This document shows, piece after piece, positions 50,084-58,402 of a stretch of 64,000 bases of DNA. The notes beneath the pieces were generated by a model. It was not told where the DNA came from and ran no database searches. It saw only the letters and a list, made by a program, of their open reading frames with translations. Every line of letters starts with the position of its first letter. Positions within the stretch are counted from its first letter, which is position 1. Source of the stretch: Candidatus Daviesbacteria bacterium (GTDB lineage: Bacteria > Patescibacteriota > Microgenomatia > Daviesbacterales > UBA10151); the NCBI GenBank assembly GCA_016184225.1, contig JACPDA010000004.1, forward strand, positions 409,671 through 473,670, given 5' to 3'. The position numbers and the translations under genes are program-made.

Positions 50084-50853
50084 ATTTTCCAAGGGATTTT
50101 CCCAGAATTCCAAATCTTGTTAAGATCGTCAAGTTCTTTATAAGTATCTATGGCAAACCAAAACCCTTCATGTTTATATACGGAAAGCTGTCTTTCTTTG
50201 ACAAGCCGTTTCATCCCGTCGTGTTCATATTCTCCCGGCCGCAGGTATTTAAAAAAAATTCTGTCAAAAACCATATACCCGCCATTAACCCAGTCTGATA
50301 AAACCGGTTTTTCCGTAAAACCTTTGACAAAAGTTCCATTGGTAATCTTTACTAAACCGTATTTAGACCTGGGATGAACTGCGCTGATGGTCCCGATTGT
50401 TTGTTGTTTTTTATGAAACTTAATCAGCTTCCTGATATTAATATTCGATACTCCGTCTCCGTACGTTACCATAAAATATTGGTCTGTTTGGGGAATATAT
50501 TTCCTGCATAAAAGAATCCTCTCGCCGGGCAAGGTTTCCAAACCGGTATCGACAAAAGTGATTTTAAATTGATCGACTTCTGCTGTGTCTTTCAAGTAAA
50601 ATTTAGTGTTATCGCTTCCAGTATCTAAAGTAAAATCAGTAGTAAAAGCCTTCTGGTTTAGGAAGTAGTCTTTAATATAATCAGCTTTGTATCCAAGTGC
50701 TAATATAAATTCATTGAAACCATAATGGGCGTAGATTTTCATTATGTGCCAAAGAAGCGGTTTGTTGCCTACTAAAACCATCGGTTTTGGCTTAAATTCT
50801 GTCTCTTCTTTTAATCTGGTTCCTATCCCGCCGCAGAGAATAATAACTTTCAT
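50077..50853 (-). CDS. rfbF: Glucose-1-phosphate cytidylyltransferase
   Basis: ILCGGIGTRLKEETEFKPKPM, LWHIMK-Y, VDTG, TYGDG, NGGY and GFW-IDT motifs. Start set at ATG 50853. Confidence 0.9.
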   Translation of the reverse strand: MKVIILCGGIGTRLKEETEFKPKPMVLVGNKPLLWHIMKIYAHYGFNEFILALGYKADYIKDYFLNQKAFTTDFTLDTGSDNTKFYLKDTAEVDQFKITFVDTGLETLPGERILLCRKYIPQTDQYFMVTYGDGVSNINIRKLIKFHKKQQTIGTISAVHPRSKYGLVKITNGTFVKGFTEKPVLSDWVNGGYMVFDRIFFKYLRPGEYEHDGMKRLVKERQLSVYKHEGFWFAIDTYKELDDLNKIWNSGKIPWKIW

Positions 50854-50867
50854 ATTTAAACACTTCA

Positions 50868-50917
50868 ATTCTAGTTGCAATCCTTAGTAGAAGTCAATGT
50901 CTGTGAAGTGATACAAT
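50868..50917. promoter_or_regulatory. Divergent promoters between rfbF and the AftD-like gene
   Basis: Minus strand TTGACT-18nt-TAGAAT (50897-50868). Plus strand extended -10 TGaTACAAT (50909-50917). Confidence 0.55.
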
Positions 50918-50931
50918 TTGTTAACGAATTG

Positions 50932-53631
50932 ATGAAATTTATTTTTTCCTTATTTGCTTTATGCTTAATAATAGTTTCCGTATGGTTTTACCGCGGTAAT
51001 ATTTTAGGCGGTGGCGATGAAGGCTTACAGTTTTATAAACCAAGCATCAGTTTTAACAATTCCAAAACTGCCTGGGTTGAATATGGTACAGGAATGGGAA
51101 CAATAACCTGGTTGCCCAGAGCAAACTTACTCTATTTTTATTCTATTCCGGAAAAATTAGGCATAGCAACTTTTATGCTGCAAGCAAGCTTGATCTTTAT
51201 TATTATGTTTGTCGCGGCAATCTCAATTTACAAATTATGCCTAATCGTTTTAGGTGATATTAAAGAAAGCAAGTTGATATCAGCCGTAACAGCCGTTTTT
51301 TACTTACTCAATCCCTATGCCGTAAGTCAAGTATGGGCAAGGGGGCAATCGGCCCAATACCTTGCTTTCGGCCTGCTTCCTCTATCTGTTTTATTATTCT
51401 TATTGGGTGTCAAAAAGAAAAACTTCCTTTATGCTATTTTAACTGTTTTCGTGTCATTTATATTTGCAGCAGCATATAGTTTTTTTTCTTTTATAATAGT
51501 TTACTGGTTAATTTTAGGATTCGTTCTTTTATTTAATTTTTTAACTACAGGCAGCAAGTTAAAAGAAGCCCTGTTTAGTATCTTCTTTTTTCTAATAGCA
51601 TTTTTGCTATGGATTTTTATCCATTCCTGGTGGCTAGTGCCGCTGCTTTTGTCTTCCGGCAGTATATACTCAGCAGGCATTTCCGGGGCAAATGAAAATC
51701 TGGGGACGCTGATGGGGGTCAGCAAAAATTTCCCTCCTGATATCCTGATCCGTCTTTTACAGCGGACCTACTTTTTTGACCCGTCAGCCTTCAGCCCGGT
51801 CTATTCCTTATTTATATTCCAGTTAATCAGTTGGATACCGGTATTGTTTCTATTAATCGGTTTATATAAGACTATTAAAAATAAATTACCAGGTTTTAAA
51901 TTTTTTATAATAGTTTTTACCCTGGGATTAATTGTATCTTTAGGCGCGAACCCTCCGTTTGGCTGGCTTTTTGTAGAAGTTTTTAGACGGGTAACAATAT
52001 TGCAGGCTTTTAGAAATCCTTTTGAGAAATTTGGTTTAGTTTTTATATTAGGCTATTCCCCGCTTTTTGCTTATGGCCTGGTTTCATTGTTTAATAATAT
52101 TAAATACAGGAGTTTCACAATCTTTCTGATTCTTATTTTAACCTGCGGAGTGTTTGCCTGGCCGATATGGACCGGCAGAGCGGTAGCTGGTCCGGATAAA
52201 AAAGTTGGTTTATCTGTGCCGCCTTATTACAAAGATTTGCAGACGTGGGCAGGAGAAAACAATGAAGATTATAGATTATTTATGACCCCAATTTGGAAAG
52301 GGGATGGCGCATCTTACTTGTGGGGTGATGCCGGTAGGTTTCAGGGTACAGATCCGATGATTTATTTATTGGATCAGCCGACTATTTCCAACAGTTTCTA
52401 CGCCCCGATTTCTTACGAGTTTATCCCCAATATTAGAAAGTACATAGGCAGAGTAAACATTGCTCCCGCTTTGACTTTATTGAGAGCAAAATATTTGGTT
52501 GACCGGCAAGATGCAATATTTACCACTAAGTTAGAGAAGGACCATAAAAGATATTTGACAGAAGCGGTATACATCCCCCAAAAGGAGGCAGTAAATATAA
52601 CCAAGTTATGTAAAAACCTAAGCTCGGTTGCGAATGAGATAAACCCGGCCTGGATAGCCTGCCCGGTAGCGGATACAGAAAGTAATTGGGATAAAATAAG
52701 GTATTTGCATGTTAAGATCAGAACCGATGTCGCTTCCCTTCTAGATATCACTATAATGGATAAGAATGGGATTAGGGTAAGATGGGACGGCAGGTTTGAC
52801 AGCGAGTATTCAACAGAAGGGAGTTTTACTACAGTTACAATTCCTCTTGGTAATCCGACCGAATATAACGCCGCGATAGATTATTCTAAAGTTATGATGC
52901 TGGAAATACAGGCTCGCCCTAAAGACAGACCCGAATTTAGCGTTAATGAAATAAATTTAGAAGAGATAAGTTTAGATCCGGGTAAGGAAGAAAAGGTTGA
53001 TAATTTCCGCTTAATAAAGACATTCGGTAATTTAGAAGTATATGAGCCAATTTCTTTTAAATCGCCTCCGCAATTTGGAAGTTTAGCAAAAATTTCTTTT
53101 GTGCCAAATTTTATAGAGTTGTTTGAGCAAGTTAACAGACAAAAGGATTTAGTGAAGGATTTAGGCTTTTTAGTAACTGCGCAGAATCAGGGTAAAGATT
53201 TGCGGCAGTTGGAGACAGATGGGATGTTGCAAGTAGTAGATAAAGAAGAGATTTCCGGTACACGGTTTTGGCTGATGACTAACGGAAGTCAGGGATTCAT
53301 CTTACTTAGTAAAACCTTTGATCCGCAGTGGATACTGATACCCCGTATCAGCCGTGACAAACTTTCAGGTAACTTATTTGAAGATTTAGACCTTTTGAGC
53401 CAGGCAACTGTCGGGGAAGAAAATCATTTTGCTATTAATGGATACGCAAATTTATGGAAGGTTGATGGACAAGACCAGGAATATGTAATAATCTATAAGC
53501 CGCAAATAATAGCTGATATAGGAGCTGAGATTTCAAGATATTCCTTATTTGTTTTGTCAGCGATAATGATTTTTTGGTGGTTGAAGAAAAGATATGTAGG
53601 GAGCATTAAAAATGCAAAAAAAGACAATTAA
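50932..53631 (+). CDS. Large GT-C membrane glycosyltransferase (AftD/YfhO-like) with an extracytoplasmic CBM-like domain
   Basis: GGDE after TM1, FYLLNPY, WWLVP, FRNPFEKF, about 13 TM helices, a beta-rich insert (LHVKIRTD...VTIPL...IDYSKV), NGYANLW and a C-terminal TM. Start set at ATG 50932. Confidence 0.65.
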   Translation: MKFIFSLFALCLIIVSVWFYRGNILGGGDEGLQFYKPSISFNNSKTAWVEYGTGMGTITWLPRANLLYFYSIPEKLGIATFMLQASLIFIIMFVAAISIYKLCLIVLGDIKESKLISAVTAVFYLLNPYAVSQVWARGQSAQYLAFGLLPLSVLLFLLGVKKKNFLYAILTVFVSFIFAAAYSFFSFIIVYWLILGFVLLFNFLTTGSKLKEALFSIFFFLIAFLLWIFIHSWWLVPLLLSSGSIYSAGISGANENLGTLMGVSKNFPPDILIRLLQRTYFFDPSAFSPVYSLFIFQLISWIPVLFLLIGLYKTIKNKLPGFKFFIIVFTLGLIVSLGANPPFGWLFVEVFRRVTILQAFRNPFEKFGLVFILGYSPLFAYGLVSLFNNIKYRSFTIFLILILTCGVFAWPIWTGRAVAGPDKKVGLSVPPYYKDLQTWAGENNEDYRLFMTPIWKGDGASYLWGDAGRFQGTDPMIYLLDQPTISNSFYAPISYEFIPNIRKYIGRVNIAPALTLLRAKYLVDRQDAIFTTKLEKDHKRYLTEAVYIPQKEAVNITKLCKNLSSVANEINPAWIACPVADTESNWDKIRYLHVKIRTDVASLLDITIMDKNGIRVRWDGRFDSEYSTEGSFTTVTIPLGNPTEYNAAIDYSKVMMLEIQARPKDRPEFSVNEINLEEISLDPGKEEKVDNFRLIKTFGNLEVYEPISFKSPPQFGSLAKISFVPNFIELFEQVNRQKDLVKDLGFLVTAQNQGKDLRQLETDGMLQVVDKEEISGTRFWLMTNGSQGFILLSKTFDPQWILIPRISRDKLSGNLFEDLDLLSQATVGEENHFAINGYANLWKVDGQDQEYVIIYKPQIIADIGAEISRYSLFVLSAIMIFWWLKKRYVGSIKNAKKDN

Positions 53632-53704
53632 ATTGACTATAGCCCAAATATCAACTGATCCGGGGCAAATAGCAGCTAATACAGATCCAGGTTGGATGTT
53701 TTAA
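53612..53704 (+). pseudogene. Relic N-terminus of a nitrilase/C-N hydrolase (glutaminase partner of NAD synthetase)
   Basis: 30-aa ORF MQKKTIKLTIAQISTDPGQIAANTDPGWMF* with a GGGAG RBS. IKLTIAQ...G.I.AN matches the nitrilase first strand/helix. Immediately upstream of nadE. Confidence 0.6.
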
Positions 53705-53723
53705 ATTAAAGAATAGATTATGA

Positions 53724-53732
53724 AAGGAGGTG
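53724..53732 (+). promoter_or_regulatory. Strong Shine-Dalgarno site of nadE
   Basis: AAGGAGGTG, 8 nt before ATG 53741. Confidence 0.8.
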
Positions 53733-53740
53733 TTAGAAAT

Positions 53741-54496
53741 ATGATTAAACAAAATAAACAAAAAGAAATAGTTAAATTTTTAGGAGAAACTTTTGATAAA
53801 ACAGGGAAAACAAGGGCAGTGATTGGTTTATCAGGCGGAATTGATTCTGCAACTTCATTTTTTCTGCTTAGAAAAGTATTACCAATTGAGAATATTATTA
53901 CAGTATATATGCCCTACTCAGATGGGGAGCCTACTGAAGTGGAACAAAGAGTCTCCAGAATGTGCCGTAAATCAGGCCTTCCAGCTCAGAATTTCTTGTC
54001 CATTCCTATAAAAGGGATGGTAGATCAGTTGGCAAGGGGACTGAAGGCAGATGATAAAGCTAGAAAAGGAAATATTATGGCCAGAATCAGAATGATAATC
54101 CTGTTTGATCTAGCTAAAAAGTTTGATGCTCTGGTTTGTGGTACGGAAAATAAATCTGAGCATCACTTAGGGTACTTTACCAGGTTTGGAGACGAGGCTT
54201 CTGATATTGAACCTGTTAGGCATCTCTATAAATCTCAGGTTAGAGAGCTGGCAAAGGAATTAGGAGTGCCTCAAGAAGTGTTAGATGCTGTTCCAACTGC
54301 TGGTTTGTGGGATGGACAAACCGATGAAGGTCAATTTGGCTTTACATATAAAGAGGCAGATCAGATTCTGAAGGCATTTTTTGATGGAGAGACTCTGGAA
54401 AGCTTGCAAGCTAGATTTCCTAATGCTGAAAAGGTATTGGATTTAATGAAAGCTAATGAATTCAAACATTTAGTGCCTTATGCACTGGAAGGATAA
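53741..54496 (+). CDS. nadE: NH3-dependent NAD+ synthetase
   Basis: GLSGGIDSA, GNIMARIRM, GTENKSE, GYFTRFGD, PTAGLW-GQTDE and FKH motifs. Single domain. Confidence 0.93.
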   Translation: MIKQNKQKEIVKFLGETFDKTGKTRAVIGLSGGIDSATSFFLLRKVLPIENIITVYMPYSDGEPTEVEQRVSRMCRKSGLPAQNFLSIPIKGMVDQLARGLKADDKARKGNIMARIRMIILFDLAKKFDALVCGTENKSEHHLGYFTRFGDEASDIEPVRHLYKSQVRELAKELGVPQEVLDAVPTAGLWDGQTDEGQFGFTYKEADQILKAFFDGETLESLQARFPNAEKVLDLMKANEFKHLVPYALEG

Positions 54497-54510
54497 AAGA
54501 AGACAAGCAG

Positions 54511-54575
54511 CACCTGAAATTAAGGTGACAAAAAAAGCCTTTGGTTTGGGCAGGAGAATCCCGATTGCCCACCAA
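54511..54575 (+). terminator. Two hairpins downstream of nadE (possible terminator or structured RNA)
   Basis: CACCT..AGGTG followed by an A-run, then a TTGG-TTGGGCA..TGCCCA-CCAA stem. Confidence 0.35.
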
Positions 54576-54632
54576 TTTAAAACTGACACTATTGAATTTG
54601 GATAAATAACAGATTAAACTTAAAAAAATCTT

Positions 54633-55943
54633 ATGAAAATTTCAGTCATCGGGTTAGGCAAATTAGGATTACCGTTGGCTGCCACGATTGCCTCAAGAAA
54701 CTTTTTGGTTTACGGGGTAGATATAAATAAGGAAGTTGTTAATAATTTAAAAAAAGGTAAAACTTTTTTAAACGAACCGGGACTTAAAAATTTAATAAAA
54801 AAATTCAAAAATAATTTAGCGCCTACTGATAAAACAGAAGAAGCAGTGATTAATTCGGAGATGACTTTTGTGATTACCCCCACCCCTTCAAAGAAAAACG
54901 GTTATTTTTCAACGCAATATGTGCAAGCAGCGGTAAGGGATATTGCGAAAGCTTTGAAAAGTAAGAAAAACTATCATTTGGTGGTGATAGTCAGCACTGT
55001 AATGCCCGGTTCAACAGATAAAATAAAAAAACTTCTGGAGAAAGAAAGCGGCAAAGTTTGCGGTCGGGATTTTGGTTTATGTTACAACCCGGAATTTATT
55101 GCCTTGGGCAGCGTAATTTATAACTTATTAAACCCCGACTTTATTTTAATCGGCGAGTCTGACCAAACAGCCGGAGATATGTTGCAAAAGTTTTACCAAA
55201 AATATTGCGATAATAAACCCAAATTTGCCAGGATGAATTTTGTGAACGCGGAACTGACAAAAATTTCCGTTAATACCTATATTACTACCAAAATTTCTTA
55301 TGCAAACATGCTTTGTGAAATATGTGAGCAACTGCCAGGGGGAGACGTGGATGCGGTGACTGCTGCCTTAGGTTTGGATTCAAGAATAGGACAAAAATAT
55401 TTAAAAGGCGGGCCGGCATTCGGAGGTCCCTGTTTCCCCCGTGATAATATAGCCTTTATTTCCTTGGCGAAAAAAACAAAAACCAATTTTCATATCCCTT
55501 TGGCAACACATAAGACAAATGTCAGGCAGACAGAGCGTTTAGTCAAGAAAGTATTGGAATTTACTAAAAATGGCTTATCAGTTGGCATATTGGGATTGTC
55601 GTACAAGCCTTTTACTGATGTGGTTGAGGAATCTTTTGGCATGGTTTTGGCAAAGGAATTAATAAGCAAAAAAGTGAACATATATTTGCATGACCCGCTT
55701 GCTCTGGAGAACGTTAAGAAAGTTTTCAATAACAGTATGAATTACGAGAGTAATATTAAGTCTTGTATAAAAAAATCACAGATTTTGGTTATTGCCACAG
55801 ACTGGCCGGAGTATAAGGGTATCAAGAAAGGTTGGTTTGGAGTTGAACCTAAGATATTGATTGATCCCTGGAGAATAATAGACGTCAGGCTACTCCCTAA
55901 GAATGTTTCTTATCAGCCTTTCGGGATAAGTGTTTTGGAGTGA
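54633..55943 (+). CDS. UDP-glucose/GDP-mannose 6-dehydrogenase family
   Basis: GLGKLG, TPTP, STVMPG, YNPEF, AELTK, FGGPCFPRD and LGLSYKP motifs. Confidence 0.88.
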   Translation: MKISVIGLGKLGLPLAATIASRNFLVYGVDINKEVVNNLKKGKTFLNEPGLKNLIKKFKNNLAPTDKTEEAVINSEMTFVITPTPSKKNGYFSTQYVQAAVRDIAKALKSKKNYHLVVIVSTVMPGSTDKIKKLLEKESGKVCGRDFGLCYNPEFIALGSVIYNLLNPDFILIGESDQTAGDMLQKFYQKYCDNKPKFARMNFVNAELTKISVNTYITTKISYANMLCEICEQLPGGDVDAVTAALGLDSRIGQKYLKGGPAFGGPCFPRDNIAFISLAKKTKTNFHIPLATHKTNVRQTERLVKKVLEFTKNGLSVGILGLSYKPFTDVVEESFGMVLAKELISKKVNIYLHDPLALENVKKVFNNSMNYESNIKSCIKKSQILVIATDWPEYKGIKKGWFGVEPKILIDPWRIIDVRLLPKNVSYQPFGISVLE

Positions 55944-56574
55944 TTCTGATAATATTATCCTTTACCTTAAAAAAAAGGTTAGGATAGTTTTTAGATATAA
56001 GGCTTCTTAAAAATTTTAATGGCGGGTAATCGTTTTTTCCATTAAATACATCCGCATCATCGATTAAGATAACATGATTTGTTATTTTGTGGTTAAGGAT
56101 AAAAGTAAGCTCCGCTGCTATCGGAGTATTCTTAGACCCCTTGGCTGTTATCCCTTTTGAATAGTGGGCATCCAGCCAAAACAAAGCAGGTTGGTTAATT
56201 TTTTTTAAAAGCCTGGGCAAAATTTTTGAACTATCCCCATTAATAACTTTAACCTGCTTTAAATGGGCAAATTTTCGCTTGGCGTTTTTAAATAATTTTT
56301 TATCTAATTCGATAGTATAAATTTTTGAAAAATTGTTTTTAACAGCTTTTACCATCATTCCTAAATAGGTGCCGGTTTCTATACAGATGGGCGTTTTGTA
56401 CGTTTTTTGATAACTTTTAATGGTATGTTGTTTAATTAGGTGGGGGGTATTCGGACGTTCCTTCTTTAAATGCCAATCTATTGTCCGGATAATTTGAAAT
56501 ACCGGAAAGGCCAAGTCGTATATAAAAGTAAATTTTAAATATCCGATTATATTACCAGTTGTTATTTGATGCAT
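55897..56574 (-). CDS. SAM-dependent methyltransferase-like protein
   Basis: IETGTYLG, TIELD, GDS, FWLDAH and ILIDD motifs. Confidence 0.6.
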   Translation of the reverse strand: MHQITTGNIIGYLKFTFIYDLAFPVFQIIRTIDWHLKKERPNTPHLIKQHTIKSYQKTYKTPICIETGTYLGMMVKAVKNNFSKIYTIELDKKLFKNAKRKFAHLKQVKVINGDSSKILPRLLKKINQPALFWLDAHYSKGITAKGSKNTPIAAELTFILNHKITNHVILIDDADVFNGKNDYPPLKFLRSLISKNYPNLFFKVKDNIIRITPKHLSRKADKKHS

Positions 56575-56611
56575 TACAGAAACTATATTATACTGTTATC
56601 TCAAAATAAAT

Positions 56612-58175
56612 ATGGAGAGATTTAAGTATATACCTATTCATCCAATTCTATTTGCCTTTTTTCCCACATTGTTCCTTCTTTCAAAAAATATCGGTGAGAT
56701 AACTCTTAATCAAATTGGACAGCCTCTGATGCTTTCTCTTATATTGACCATTTTGGTTTGGGTTTTGGTTAACTTTATAATTCAAAGTAGGAAAATTTCT
56801 GCCATTAGCACTTCTGTATTAATGTTAATGTTTTTTTCTTATTCTTATGTTGACAGATTCTTTTTCTGGTTCCATTATCCCGTCTCTGTATTATCTTTTA
56901 GTAATGGTGGTTTTAGCTTCTTTCATCACCATAAAGTTTGCAAAAACACAAAGGAAGATTATAAAAGCCACCTTAATTTTAAATATCATATCTTTTGCTA
57001 TATTAATTTATCCTTCAGTCAATATAACTTACCATGAACTGGCAAGAAAAAAAGAAATAAAAAGTTCGGAGTTATCATTTTCACAACCTCTCCAAACCTT
57101 AAATCCTATAAGACCGGATATTTACTACATTGTTCCTGACAGCTATGCCAGTAACAGCACCCTGAAAAATTATTTCGATTTTGATAACTCCGAGTTTACC
57201 GATTATCTGAAAAGCAAAGGATTCTATGTAGCTGAAAATAGCAAGGCCAACTATCCTTTTACAACTCCGTCCCTGACATCATCTTTAAATATGGGTTATT
57301 TGGATGTTGTAGCCGAGCAGATGGGCGTAAATTCACAAGATCAAACTCCTCTATTTAGACTTACAGAAGACAACCAGGTAGTTTTATATCTTAAATCACT
57401 GGGATATAAATATTATCATTTTGGCCCCCGGCAGTTGCCGACCTCATTAAATAAGAATGCCGATTTTAATTATACTTACGCAAATAATCAGCTGGCTTTT
57501 TCCCCTCTGGCCGGATTACTGCTTGAGCAGACATTATTTTCCTATATGGTTTCATCTGTTGACTGTGCATATGTTAATTCTGTTTTATGTATAGGAAGTT
57601 TAAATAACAGAAGGAGTCACTATAATTATATTCTTGACCAAATAGTTAAGGTAGAAGATACAGCCGGGATGGATGGACCAAAGTTTATTTTTTATCATAA
57701 CCTTTTAACCCATGTGCCGTATGTATTTACAGTCAATGGTAAATATGTTTCCAGAGCAGTAGAAGCATCGAGAGATTGGAAGGAAAATTATATCAATCAA
57801 CTGAAGTTTACCAATAAAATACTGAAACAGCTCATTGAAACAATCCTCAGAGATTCAAAAAATCCGCCAATTATTGTCCTGCAATCCGATGAAGGGCCGT
57901 ATCCTGAAAGATTTAGATCCGGGAGGGATAATTTTGAGTGGAAGGAGGCTACAAAAGATGAATTAAAAGAGAAGTTCGGAATATTAAATGCTTATTACCT
58001 GCCGGGAGTTGAAACAAAAGATCTTAATGCCGGAATTTCACCGGTAAACACTTTTAGGATAATTCTCGATAAATACTTTGGGGGGCAATTACCATTGCTT
58101 GAAGATATGAGTTTTGCTCAAACAAGATATGCTAACTCTTATGATATTTTTAATGTGACAAATTCACTAAGGTAA
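56612..58175 (+). pseudogene. Frameshifted membrane-anchored sulfatase/LTA-synthase-like phospho-transferase
   Basis: The N-terminal TM part (56612 frame) and the catalytic part (56847 frame; PDIYYIVPDSY, NYPFTTPSL, H-PY, QSDEG) differ by +1 near 56830-56860. Confidence 0.7.
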
Positions 58176-58204
58176 TTGATCTGCAGTTTTATTATAATAT
58201 TTAG

Positions 58205-58402
58205 ATGAACAGAATAATTAGGTTTTTCTTTCTGATATTTATTGTCTTAGTTTTTCCGCCAAAAGCTTATGCCTATTTGGACCCGGGGACCGGCAGTTAT
58301 TTTTTTCAGATATTGATCGGGATAGTTATCGGAGGGCTCGTCAGTATCAAAATATTTTGGAAAAAAATTAAAGACTTCTTCAATGGTAAAAAAGAAAATT
58401 AA
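58205..58402 (+). CDS. Small membrane protein with YLDPGTGS motif
   Basis: Signal-like N-terminus ending in AYA, then YLDPGTGS, a TM helix and a basic tail. TATAAT lies 6 nt before the ATG. Confidence 0.7.
   Translation: MNRIIRFFFLIFIVLVFPPKAYAYLDPGTGSYFFQILIGIVIGGLVSIKIFWKKIKDFFNGKKEN

Noticed and set aside
17027-50853. Antibiotic-type biosynthetic gene cluster (C-methyltransferases, DegT aminotransferase, carbamoyltransferase)
   Set aside because: No PKS, NRPS, scaffold, resistance or regulator genes. The context is a flippase and membrane GTs, i.e. surface glycan.
54541-54575. Riboswitch or ncRNA downstream of nadE
   Set aside because: Only a short imperfect hairpin with no recognisable family consensus. 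Kept as a low-confidence terminator-like feature.
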